DNA of 64,000 bases from Podarcis muralis. Lineage: Eukaryota. Positions 30,831 to 42,240 of this stretch are shown one piece after another. A program made the position numbers and the translations under genes. Within the stretch, counting starts at the first letter, position 1, and each line of letters opens with the position of its first letter. The stretch covers positions 310,001-374,000 of the forward strand of contig NC_135657.1 of the NCBI RefSeq assembly GCF_964188315.1, in the 5' to 3' direction. A model generated the notes under the pieces. The model was not told the origin of the DNA and did not search any database. It was given only the letters and a program-made list of their open reading frames with translations.

Positions 30831-33800
30831 GAAAGGTCAGACCTCGCCCCCGGAAAAGGGCATCTTCGGAGATGAGGGCACCCCCCCCCCCCCAAGTCTC
30901 TGGAGCAGAAGCAAGCGAGGAAGGTCTGGTCGATGCTCCTCAGAAAGGAGCTGGAAAACGATCCAGGACCTCCCCTGCGAGGACAGCTTACACCGTTTAG
31001 GGCTCTTTGGGTTGGGGGGGAAATGGGATTTAAAATGCAGGGAGAAGTTCATAGAGTTGGAAGAGACCACAAGGGCCATCATTCATGAAATGATGGAGGG
31101 TGTCGAGAGAGAAAGAGAGGATCTCTTGGTCACCCAGGGAAATGTATTAGCCAGACATTCAGGCCAAATAAAATCAAATGTTCCTTTGCACAGTGTGTAC
31201 TTGTGGAACTCATTGCCACAAGAGAATGGTGGTAATGACAATTCTGGTAACTTTAAAAACAGTTTGACATGCCTGGAGGATGAAGAGGGCAGTTACATGG
31301 GACCTGCATTCTAGAGGCAGGAAACTGTTTGCTGGGGTGGGGTGAGGGGGGGTGCCAGTCTGCCTTGAGCTGCTCCAGCCAGGCTGCCCTTCGGACCTGA
31401 CAAGCACTTGGCTACTCCAGCCACGTAGCTGACCCTGTGGCCAAAGGACTGAACCCCCAGGTGTCTCACCTTGCTGTGCCCATCTCTCCACAGGCCCATG
31501 GACCCCTGGTGCTGCCTGCGCCCCCCCTGGCGGTGGGGATGGGGCTGTGCCTGGCTGAGCTTTGCTCTGCTGTGCCTGGCCACACTCTCCTTGCTCTGCC
31601 TGCAGTCTGGGCTCGTGCTGCGCTTGGCTCACCATGGGGCAGGAGGACCCCCAACCTCTGCAGCTGCTGCTTTCTCCCGGAGCCTCCAGCCGCACTCCAG
31701 AAGCAACCGGACTCTTCAGCGGCTCCTGGGTGCTGGGCCTGCCAGCCTTGCCTCTGCCCAGCAGGCTCCGTTGTGGCACTCCTTCCTCTCTGGCCTGTGG
31801 AGATTCTGGCATCGCCTTGCAGAGGGGCTGGGCAGGTCCTGGCAGGGCTCCAGGACGACTGTCCAGTTGCAGCCCCTGCCCTGGGCTGCCTGGCAGAAGC
31901 AGCTCTCTTCAGGGGTGCTGGGCCCCCGCCTTCAGCAAGTCTTCCAGAACTACCAAGCCATGAATAAGTACCGGGTGCCCCCGGGGGCTGTGCAACGCCG
32001 AGGGAACCCCCATGCCGCTGGGACAGAGCTCTTGTGCCAGCTCCAGAGCCGCGTGGCAGTGACCACGCTCCTGGGGGATGAGGGGCCCTTTGCAGACCCA
32101 GAGTGGAGGGGGCTGCTGCCCCGCAGGAGCCTGAGGCAGGAGCTGGGCCCCCTGGGGAAGTGTGCCGTCGTCAGCTCTGCTGGCTCCATGTTGGGCTCCG
32201 GACTAGGCAAGGAGATTGGTGAGTGCTGGTTGGGGGGGGGAGCATCCCAGCGGGTGGCTCTGGCACAGCCTCCAGGGGGTGAGGGGATGCCTTGCCCTTC
32301 AGGAGAGGGTGCCATGCGTCCTGGCACTCGGGAGCATGAAGCAACCTGCCTCTCCTGTTTATGGGAGTCACCCAGCTATAGTTGGGTTTCAGAGCAAAAG
32401 AAGAGTGTGCAGGATCAGGTCAAAACAAAAAAAATTCCTTCCAGTAGCACCTTAAAGACCAACTAAGTTAGTTCTTGGTATGAGCTTTCGTGTGCATGCA
32501 CACTTCTTCAGATCAAGAAGATATCAGTCTGTACCTGTGCAAGTTTCTTGGTGAGGTTGATGGACTTCCATTTCATGCGGCTCAATGTGGTGCCTTCCAT
32601 AGTTCCAGTTACAGATGGGTAGCCGTGTTGGTCTGCCATAGTCAAAACAAAAAAAATTCCTTCCAGTAGCACCTTAAAGACCAACTAAGTTAGTTCTTGG
32701 TATGAGCTTTCGTGTGCATGCACACTTCTTCAGATGAAGAAGTGTGAAGAAGTGTATCAGTACAGACTGATATCTTCTTGATCTGAAGAAGTGTGCATGC
32801 ACACGAAAGCTCATACCAAGAACTAACTTAGTTGGTCTTTAAGGTGCTACTGGAAGGAATTTTTTTTGTTTTGACCTGATCCTGCACATTCTGAAGAAGT
32901 GTGCATGCACACGAAAGCTCATACCAAGAACTAACTTAGTTGGTCTTTAAGGTGCTACTGGAAGGAATTTTTTTTGTTTTGACTATGGCAGACCAACACG
33001 GCTACCCATCTGTAACAGGATCAGGTCAGTGAGAGCCAGTGTGGTGTAGTGGTTAAGAGCGGTAGTCATGTAATCTGGGTAACCGGGTTCGCGTCTCTGC
33101 TCCTCCACATGCAGCTGCTGGGTGACCTTGGGCCAGTCACATTTCTTTGAAGTCTCTCAGCCTCACTCACCTCACAGAGTGTTTGTTGTGGGGGAGGAAG
33201 GGAAAGGAGATTGTTAGCCGCTTTGAGACTCCTGAAGGGGAGTGAAAGGCGGGATATCAAATCCAAACTCTTCTTCTTCTTCTTCAGTGGCCCATCTAGG
33301 CCTGCATCCTGTTCACAGTGGCCAACCAGGTGCCTGTTATGGGAAGCTCACAAACAGGATCTGAGAACAGGATCCCTGAATCTCTCTCCTCCTGAGTCCT
33401 GCTGGGATTCAAAGCATGGCTGCCTCAGACTGTGGAGGCAAAGCAGAGCCCTTGTGGCTACTAGCCATTGATAGGAGTTGTTGCCTTCATATCCCACCTC
33501 GTGTACCTGGCTCTCTCCTCTCCATTTCAAGTAGTTTAGCAGCAGAGTGGCAGCGGCAGCAGGAGGTTCTCAGCTCCCCTTGGGCCCTGCAGGGGAGTCC
33601 TGGTTGCACCTTTTGTGTAAAATTCCATCTGAGTTCTCACAGGAGGAGCTCATTTCACATCCTAGAAATGTTAGCAGAGCATTTCTGTTGGCAAAGTCTC
33701 AGGAGGAAACTCCTAACAATACTTTACAGTTACACAGTGATAAAATAATAACAATACTGAAATAATGGGTAATTATCTGGTCTTCATGGGCCATCTTGTT

Positions 33801-36800
33801 CCCTGATGATGCAGCTGCCCAGGGACAGGTCTTGAGCAGCCCCCCCCCCCCAGCATGGCTGGCTGCCCCTCTCCCCAGGAAGGGAGCTGCAGGTCTAAGA
33901 AGGGTCCTGGTTGGGTAGGGGTCTGCCTGCTCTCCCTTCCCCTGGCCCTCATATTCCTCCTCCTCTTCCTCCTCCTCTTAGACGCCCATGATGCTGTTCT
34001 TCGTTTCAACGGAGCCCCAACCACTGGCTATGAGCAGGACGTGGGCACCAAAACTACCATCCGCCTCGTGAATTCCCAGGTGGGCAATGAAGGGGGGGGC
34101 TGGGAGAGGACAGCAGGGTGTGGATATGGGTTTGGGCCAAATAAAGGGAAGAGCCAATTGGGGGCAGCCTCGTGGGGCTGCAGTGTGTGGGGTTATGAGC
34201 TTTGGGCTGCTCTGTAGCCACAATCCCTGCCCTCCAGCTCTAGGGTGTGCTGAAGCCCACTGCCATAAAGAGGCTTGAGGCACCTTCAAAACTAGCAAAT
34301 GTTATTAATTATGAGATGAACTTTTGTGAACTCAGGCCCGTGTCTTCAGGTGAGAGTTGAATGGCCGTGAGATGCAAAAATCACAGCCAGTGATCATCAG
34401 AGCTTCCATAAAAAGACACACCTTCAGCCGCTTACCAGCAGATTGGTGAATAATGCGCTCATCTCGGCAGTGAACACCTGCCCTGGGTCAGGGAACCGTT
34501 CGCAAGGAACAGTTGTTGACAGCACAGGATGCTGCTGGCACTGGTAACACAGTAGGATCAAGAGCTGTTGTCTCAATGTTACCCAAGAGTGATGGCGCTG
34601 AAGTTACTGCCTTCGCCAGCTCCAGTGTGAGTTTGTGCTCTGGCTGAGCGGCACCTGTGGACTGCTGGGGCTTTGGACGTGGCATCAAGGGGCCTTGCCC
34701 ACAGAAGTCACCCCCATGCTGCTCCTCTGCAGGTGGAAGGTGGGTGGGTGCGCACACACACTCGGGTGCAATATGAGCAGCAGTAGGTGCCAAGCAGCTC
34801 AGAGAAAAAAGGGATAATTTCTCTCAGGGGAGCAACAAGAGGGAAGGATGGCCTCTCTGAAAGTGCAGAGAAAGGTGGGGCTGCCCTCTGCCTGCCAGCC
34901 TGCCCTTCCCCGCTAGGCTTCAGGTGTTTATGGGCTCTGGGCAAGAAACCCACATGTCTAACAAAGCTGCACGTAAGGGCCAGCAACCCTGGGGGCCTCT
35001 CCCTGCCCTCCCCTCTCCGCCTCTTCTTGCATCTGAACAACTTTCTGGGATCCTGGAGTCAGGCCCGTTCTGACCCGATCCGCCCCCCTCTACCCCACAG
35101 CTGATGGCTTCTCCTGAGCAGCACTTTCTGGATGACCAACTCTATGCGCAGGGAGCCTTGGTTGCATGGGACCCAGCCCCTTTCCCAGGGGACCTGCAGG
35201 AGGTGAGACCCTCTCTCTGCCTTGTGCTTGGGGCAGGACAAGATCCGTGGGTGCCAGGGGAGGGCAGGGGCATCCTCTGTCAATTACATTCCCAGGACTT
35301 GATAATAATAATAATAATTTATTATTTGTACCCTGCCCATCTGGCTGGGTTTCCCCAGCCACTCTGGGCGGCTTCCATAGAAACCAAAAAACACTAAAAT
35401 ATCATACATTAAAAACTTCCCTGAACAGGGCTGCCTTCAGATGTCTTCTGAATGTCAGGTAGTTGTTTATCGCTTTGACATCTGATGGGAGGGCGTTCCA
35501 CAGGGCGGGCGCCACTACCGTGAAGGCCCTCTGCCTGGTTCCCTGTAGCTTTGCTTCTCGCACTGAGGGAACCGCCAGAAGGCCCTCGGCGCTGGACCTC
35601 AGCGTCCAGGCAGAACGATGGGGGTGGAGACGCTCCTTCAGGTATACTGGACCGAGGCCGTTTAGGGCTTTAAAGGTCAGCACCAACACTTTGAATTGTG
35701 CTCGGAAACATACTGGGAGCCAATGTAGGTCTTTCAAGACTGGTGTTATGTGGTCTCGGTGGCCGCCCCCAGTCACTAGTCTAGCTGCCGCATTCTGGAT
35801 TAGCTGTAGTTTCTGAGTCACCTTCAAAGGTAGCCCCACATAGAGCGCATTGCAGTAGTCCAAGCGGGAGATAACTAGAGCATGCACCACTCTGGCGAGA
35901 CAGTCCGCGGGCAGGTAGGGTCTCAGCCTGAGTACCAGGTGGAGTTGGTAGACAGCTGCCCTGGATACAGAATTGACCTGCACCTCCATGGACAGCTGTG
36001 AGTCCAAAATGACTCCCAGGCTACGCACCTGGTCCTTCAGGGGCACAGTTACCCTATTCAGGACCAGGGAGTCCTCCACACCAGCCCGCCCCCTGTCCCC
36101 CAAAAACAGTACTTCTGTCTTGTCAGGATTCAACTTCAATCCATTAGCCGCCATCCATCCTCCAACCGCCTCCAGGCACTCACACAGGACCTTCACCGCC
36201 TTCACTGGTTCTGATTTGAAAGAGAGGTAGAGCTGGGTATCATCTGCATACTGATGGACACCCAGTCCAAACCCCTTGATGATCTCTCCCAGCGGCTTCA
36301 TATAGATGTTAAAAAGCATGGGGGAGAGGACGGAACCCTGAGGCACCCCACAAGTGAGAGCCCAAGGGTCTGAACACTCACCCCCCACCACCACTTTCTG
36401 AACAAGGCCCAGGAGGAAGGAGCAAAACCACTGTATAACAGTGCCCCCAGCTCCCAACCCCTCTAGACGGTCCAGAAGGATGTTATGGTCGATTGTATCA
36501 AAGGCCGCTGAGAGATCCAGCAGAACTAGGAAACAGCTCTCACCTTTGTCCCTAGCCCGCCAGAGATCATCGACCAGCGCAACCAAGGCAGTTTCAGTCC
36601 CATGATGAGGCCTGAACCCCCATTGGAAGGGATCCAAATGGTCCGCATCCTCCAGGTGTGCCTGGAGTTGTTCAGCAACCACACGCTCAATCACCTTGCC
36701 CAAGAATGGAAGATTTGAGACTGGGCGATAGTTGGCCATACTGGCCGGGTCTAAAGATGGTTTTTTAAGAAGCGGTTTAATGACCGCCTCTTTCAGCGGA

Positions 36801-39800
36801 TCTGGGAATGTTCCCTCACAGAGGGAAGCATTCACCACCCCACGAAGCCCATCGCCCAGTCCTTCCCGGCTAGCTTTTATAAGCCAGGATGGGCAAGGAT
36901 CCAGGAGACAGGTGGTTGGTTTCACTCGTCCAAGCAGCCTGTCCACATCCTCGGAGGTAACAGATTGGAATTGATCCCACTCAACTTGACTAGACAGAAC
37001 TCTAGCACTCTCCCGCCCCGGCCCTGCTCCCACGGTGGAGTCTACTTCTTCCCGAATCTGAGCGATTTTATCTGCAAAAAACTTTGCAAAATCATTGCAG
37101 GAGAACATGTGGCCCGTACTGGGCCCCGATGTTGCAGGTGGTTCCGCTAAATTGTGAACCACCTGAAAAAGTCTCCTGCTGCTGTTTTCTGCAGATGCAA
37201 TAGAGGCGGTGAAGAAATTCTTCGCCGTCGCTATCGCCACTTGGTAGGCTCGACGTTGAGCTCTAACCTGTGTCCGGTCAGATTCGGAGTGAGTTTTCTG
37301 CCACCGACGCTCTAGCCGTCTCAGCGATTGTTTCATCATCCTCAGCTCTGAAGAAAACCACGGGGCTGTCCGGGCTCCATGCATTGGACAGGGCACTTCG
37401 GAGCCAGACAGTCGATAGCCCTGGTTAACTCCACATTCCAGCAGGCCACCAGGGAATCGGCTGAAAGGCCATCAACATGGGATAAAGCATCCCCTACCAC
37501 TCTCTGGAAACCATTTGGATCCATTAAGTGGCAGGGGCGGACCATCCGAATTGGTCCCACCTCCCTGCAGAGGGGAAGGGTTGCAGAGAAGTCCAGTTGC
37601 ACCAGGAAGTGATCTGACCATGGCACTTCTTTTGTTTCGCTTTTAGTTAATGTCAGATCACCAACATCCGTAGAGGTAAACACCAAGTCTAAGGCATGTC
37701 CGCGGCTATGGGTTGGGCCAAACTTATTCAGGGACAGCCCCATGGAGGCCATGCTTTCCACGAAGTCCCGAGCGGCCCCTTGTAAGGTCGTGTCGGCATG
37801 GATGTTAAAATCCCCTAGGACAACCAAACTAGGTGTGTCCAGGAGGACATCTGCCACGACCTGAAGCAGCTCGGGCAGGGAATCCTTGGTGCAGCGGGGA
37901 GGTCAGTACACCAAAGGAATCCTGTACTGCCCCTATTGCCCAACTTCCAGAACATGCACTCAGAAAACTGGGTCTTCCCAGTAGGACGCCTGATGCAAAC
38001 TAATGACTTCCTAAAAATCACTGCAACCCCCCCTCCCCGCCCACATGACCTGGGTTGCTGTGCAAAAGAGAAACCTGGTGGGCAAGCGGCAGCAAGGACA
38101 GGCCCATCTGCTTCCTCCAACCAGGTCTCTGTCACACATGCCAGGTCAAATCCTCCATCCACAATCAGGTCGTGGATGGCAGTGGTTTTATTCATCATTG
38201 ACCTGGCATTACACAGCAACACCTTCAGGTCATGTGGGTTTCCCCTGTTGATTCCAGTATCCATCCGGTCAAGGCCAGACCCGGAGGCAGGGATAGTCTT
38301 CAAACAACGACTAAACCTGCCTCCTCGGTAATGACATGGTCTGGTCTTAGCGTAACTCCGCCTCCTGCCCATGATCACGAGATCGGATGTCCCAGTGCTT
38401 CCCCCCCTGTGGAACTTGTCCCAGCCATCGTGTTGGCTGGGGCCCCACTCCCAGGCAGCCCTGATCCCGCCCCTTAAAAACAAAACACAAACTATACAGA
38501 ACCAATAAAACAACAAAAAACAAAAACAGAACAATTATACTAAAATTAATCCCCAACCAAATATCCATCCCACCCACCCACCCCCAACAAAGAAAAAAAG
38601 AAAAAAAAGAAATACAAATTTAAATTGCCACCGACTGCTTGAGGACATTTTAAAACACATTAACCACTTGGAACAGGGAAGCAATTGCAGAACACTTCCC
38701 AGCTTCCCCAAAAGTTTGTTCCAAATAAGGGCCTGGGCGCCGCCCCCTGGGCCAGTTGGAGCAGGCCCTGGAAGGGAGCAGGCCCTGCAGTCCTCACCCA
38801 GCCGATGGTCCGAGGCTTCCCTGCAGCAGGAGTCCCTTTATAGCTGGGAGAGAGGGCCAGGGCCACACCCCCTGGGCCAGTTGGAAGAGGCCCTGGAAGG
38901 GAGCAGGCCCTGCAATCCTCACCCAGCTACTCTGGCGCCTTCTGGCGGCTGTCAGGGGAACTCCCTGCAATTTCCCTCTGGCTTAAAGAATGAATTCCAC
39001 AGCTAGGAGGAAATCAACCTTTGCACCAGAGATGGTGGGGTGGGGTGGGGTGGGGTGAAGCTCTGCTCTGCTCCACACTCCCCTTTCTCCCTCTCCCGGC
39101 AGTGGTTCGAGGCCCCCGACTACCCCATCTTCAGACCCTTCCGTGCGATGCGCTCCCAGAGGCCCCAGCAGCTCTTCCACCTGCTGCACCCGCGAGTGCA
39201 GTGGCAGCTCTGGGGGCTGGTGCAGGAAGGGGCACCGGAGGCAGTACAGCGGAACCCCCCCTCCTCAGGGCTGCTTGGTAAGGAAGGCACTCCCCTCCCT
39301 TGTGTCTCCCAAGGGTGCTCCCTTCTGAGTGGCCAAGAGGCACCCTTCCTCTGCCTCCCTTTTTACTGAGAGCTCCTCTCAGCCCTGCTTTCCTTCCTCT
39401 CACTGGTTGAGGGTGCGGGCGGCTGATGTTACTCCAGGGCATGAGGTGCGAGACACTTTCCACATTCTCAGGGGGACTCATCAAGTGCCAACTTTCCAGC
39501 CCTGGTGAAAGAAGTTTCCTCCTGCCCCCCCCCCCCGCCGCCCTGCAGGTCCTTCTTTGCAGCGGCCCCACCTCCATCTCTCCCTCTTCCAGGGACAGTG
39601 CTGATGCTGTCGCTCTGTGACCTGGTCCATGTCTACGAGTTCCTGCCCTCACAGCGCCAGTCTTCACGGTGCCACTACTACCAGGACTTTGTGGATGAGG
39701 CCTGCACGCTGGGTGCCTACCACCCGCTGCTCTTCGAGAAGGACCTGGTTCGCCGCATGAACCAAGGCTCACCGGCTGACTTGGCCCGGCTGGGGCGGGT

Positions 39801-39846
39801 GACGCTGCCTGGCTTCCGGGCTCTGAATTGCACCCTGGAGGAGTAG
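30329..39846 (+). CDS. Beta-galactoside alpha-2,6-sialyltransferase (ST6GAL-family paralog), about 456 aa
   Basis: Exons 30329-30345 (MRRRR, in frame), 31494-32218, 33982-34079, 35101-35202, 39103-39277, 39593-39846. Type II TM segment; sialylmotif L (CAVVSSAGS...[13 protein letters not shown]...[14 protein letters not shown]), S (PPSSGLLG...[10 protein letters not shown]), motif 3 (CHYY), VS (HPLLFEK); exon layout as ST6GAL1/2. Confidence 0.93.
32482..32511 (-). ncRNA. Minimal type I hammerhead ribozyme core, copy A
   Basis: CTGAAGA-A-GTGTGCATGCACAC-GAAA-GCTC on minus; stem I possible as in copy C. Confidence 0.65.
32704..32733 (-). ncRNA. Minimal hammerhead core, copy B
   Basis: Identical core; only 2 bp of own stem I. 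Confidence 0.55.
32783..32812 (+). ncRNA. Minimal type I hammerhead ribozyme core, copy C
   Basis: CUGAAGA, extra A, stem II GUGUG/CACAC, GAAA, palindromic stem III AGCU, CUC cleavage triplet; stem I UUCUUG-AU pairs with AU-(AC bulge)-CAAGAA. Confidence 0.65.
32891..32920 (+). ncRNA. Minimal hammerhead core, copy D
   Basis: Identical core 108 nt after copy C; own stem I 5' strand truncated. Confidence 0.55.
33031..33285 (+). mobile_element. Squam3-type tRNA-derived SINE, full length
   Basis: GAGAGCCAGTGTGGTGTAGTGGTTAAG (box A), GGGTTCG (box B), GGGTGACCTTGGGCCAGTCAC core, (TTC)n tail. Confidence 0.85.
33290..33480 (-). mobile_element. CR1-family 3' fragment
   Basis: Same family as 2090-2390. 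Confidence 0.6.
35301..38620 (-). mobile_element. Near full-length L2-clade LINE with two frameshifts, in an ST6GAL-like intron
   Basis: APE domain split over ORFs 37815-38534 and 37342-37857 (LLCNARS, CVTETWL, LGDFNIH, SDH); RT ORF 35402-37396 ([37 protein letters not shown]); 3' stem-loop and (TTA)n tail. Confidence 0.93.
38744..38927. repeat. About 60-bp imperfect direct repeat x2 inside a possible MITE
   Basis: CCCCTGGGCCAGTTGGA...GGAAGGGAGCAGGCCCTGCA(G/A)TCCTCACCCAGC at about 38744 and 38869. Confidence 0.6.
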
Positions 39847-40440
39847 CAGCCTGGCCAGGGGAGGCATGCCATGAGGGGCCCGGGACACCCCTGCTCCTTA
39901 GCGGCCTGCAGCCCCTGGGGAGGGAGATGGGGGGGGGGAGAGAGAAGGAGACAGGACCTGGGGGCTGAAGGGCGCAGCCAGACCAAGCCATGGCCCAGGT
40001 GGGGGTGGCAGGGCTCCCTTTGTGCTCCCCACAGGCATCTCATGGGCCCCCACAGTGGGTGGAGGGCACAAAGGTCCCCCTTGCAGGGTGTAGACGGAGG
40101 CGGACCTTCCTTGAAAAATATGAAACTGAAGCTGAATCCCAGAGGAGCCCCAGAAGCGACTTTGGCTCACGTTGCTTTAAAAAACGGGGTCCAGTCAACC
40201 CCCTTTGAGTCCCATGACTCAAACTGATTAATTCTGGGTGGTCTTTCTTTCGACAATCCCAAAGTTGAAGAGTCAGGTGCTGCCATTCTGCTGTAGAGCA
40301 CTCCATCTTGTCTCCAGAAACAGCTTGGAAACTCTCAGGATGTGAATATGTTGCTTGAAAAACCAGAAAAAAAGAATCATAGAATCTTAGAATTGGAAGG
40401 GGCCACGAGGGTCATCTAGTCCAACCCCCTGCAAGACTGG

Positions 40441-40446
40441 AATAAA
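40441..40446 (+). terminator. Candidate polyadenylation signal of the ST6GAL-like gene
   Basis: AATAAA about 600 nt past the stop, followed by U-rich sequence. Confidence 0.5.
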
Positions 40447-41559
40447 GAGTATTTTATAAAACGTGCTTCATGTAGTATGTATTCTCATAGGTGTCTATGA
40501 TGGAATATTATATTAACTGTGGTCTTTTCTAGGTTTTATTTCATCGTTCAATGATGCTTCATGCATGTACGGTATAGAACATTTCTCTCCTTTTCACCCC
40601 CCTGCATAGACATATAGAATCATTAATTCATAGAATTGGAAGGAACCTGAGGGTCATCTAGTTCAACCCCTCCAAGGAAGGAATCTTTCACCCAATGTGG
40701 GGCTCAATAATTATAAGGCATCAGACATTTTTATTCACCTCAGTGACTTGGACAGGTGAGAAAATCCAGGACAGCCGTTTTAATCCATATCAGATTTTTT
40801 TTAAAAAAACAAAACTGTTGTGATCTGTTATGAATGACCCTCTTGAAGGTGGTCACAGGGGTCACCCAGAACTCATTGCTGATTGTCAAGGCCCCCCCCC
40901 CATTACAGTTCAAGTTTCAGGGTCCCATAATTATAGGTCTGTCACTGTCCTGCAGAACGGTTGCAGGTATGCAACAGACAAGCTTGGTGGAAGCTTCTGG
41001 AAGCGAGGTTTTTGCAAGGCATCCAGCCCCAAGCCTGAGACCAAAAAACCAAACTGCCCCCCAGGAGGAAAAAGACACCAAATTCACAGGGAGCACAAGT
41101 GAGCAGGGAGCCACCTCACATTCCCCCTCTGTCAAGACCCTTCTGACTGTTCCCTGAGAAGCTGAAATCCTTCTTTGTATAGACTTCTGTGCTGTTTCGT
41201 GGCACTTTTTGGCTGATCCATGGCTACCAGCCACAATGGCTGCCTTCTGCTTCCACAGCTGCAGGTGGGATTCCTCTGAATACGGCACAAGCAGGACCTG
41301 AGTGCAACAGCAACTCTCCACACTTGCAATCTGCAGCAACCTCTGAGACCGGAGATAATGCGGAGCCATCGTGGCTGGTAGCTCCTGGTCGCCTCGTCCT
41401 ATGTAAAGCCACAGAAGTTGGTGCCTGTGTGAAGAAATGCCTCTCTTTGTCCACCCTGAATCTTCCAGCATTCAGCTTCACTCAATTACTATGCACTCTA
41501 GTATTGTGAACCAGGAAGGGAAACTTGTCTCTGTTGAAGGAGCTGGGTATGTTTGGCCT

Positions 41560-41942
41560 GGGAAAGAGGAGACTGGACAGTTAAATCCCTGGACAGTTAA
41601 ATCCAGTCAAATTCGACTATGGGGTGCGGCACTCATGTCTGCTTTCAGGCCGAGGGAGCCGGCCTTTGTCCATAGACAGCTTTCCGGGTCATGTGGCCAG
41701 CAGGACCAAACCGCTTCTGGCGCAATGGGACACCGTGATGGAAACCAGAGCACACAGAAATGCCGTTTACCTTCCCGCCACAGCAGTACCTATTTATCTA
41801 CTCATGCTGGTATGCTTTCATACTGCTAGGTTGGCAGGAGCTGGGACAGAGCAAGGGGAGTTCACCCCATTGTGCAGATTCTAACTGCCAACCTTACAAT
41901 TGGCAAGCCCCAGAGGCTCAGTGGTTTAGACACCTGCGCCTC
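41560..41942 (-). mobile_element. Sauria SINE (Squam1)
   Basis: Reverse complement of the family seen at 18353-18650. Confidence 0.85.
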
Positions 41943-41944
41943 GT

Positions 41945-42240
41945 GGAGAGCCATCTTCCAGTATCTCAAGGGCTGTCACATGAAAGATGGAGCAAGCTTG
42001 TTTTCTCCTGCTTTGAAGGGCAGGACTCGAACCCATGGCTTCAAGTTACAAGAAACACCAGGAGGAAGACAATAAGAGCCCTTTGGCAGTGAAACGGTCT
42101 CTGCTTCCTGGGAGGTTTTTAAGCAGAGCCTGGGTGGCCATCTGTCATGGATGCTTTAATTGAGCTTCCTGCATTGTAGAGGATTGGACTAGATGACCCT
42201 TGGGGTCCCTTCCAACTCTACCATTCTATGATTCTCTGAC
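41945..42240 (+). mobile_element. CR1 LINE 3' end
   Basis: IFQYLKGCHMKDGASLFS... followed by the ATTCTATG tail. Confidence 0.8.

Larger units (their letters stand above)
32410..33028. mobile_element. Penelope-like element insertion: four pseudo-LTR copies (two per strand) plus ORF N-terminal stub
   Basis: 32407-32534 is the reverse complement of 32760-32887 and 32608-32733 of 32891-33016; AGGATCAGGTCA duplicated at 32411-32422 and 33017-33028; minus-strand stub from ATG 32600 [28 protein letters not shown] resembles reptile PLE ORF starts. Confidence 0.85.

Noticed and set aside
32410-33016. Repeated units of about 90-128 bp resembling a CRISPR-like array
   Set aside because: Eukaryotic context, mixed orientations, no unique regular spacers, no cas genes; explained by Penelope pseudo-LTRs
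33031-33110. tRNA-like sequence with A and B boxes (also at 18353-18430)
   Set aside because: These are SINE heads continuing into SINE body and tail; no complete cloverleaf
34300-34370. Another hammerhead-like PLE remnant on minus
   Set aside because: Stem II is disrupted and GAAA is mutated; not a credible ribozyme
34436-34654. Antisense segment bounded by AG and GTAAG, 219 nt long
   Set aside because: All three frames contain stops; no homology recognised
41182-41417. Inverted repeat pair (GCTACCAGCCAC(A/G)ATGGCT, 18/19) suggesting a miRNA-like hairpin
   Set aside because: Arms are short, far apart and resemble CR1 3'-end sequence; more likely old TE debris
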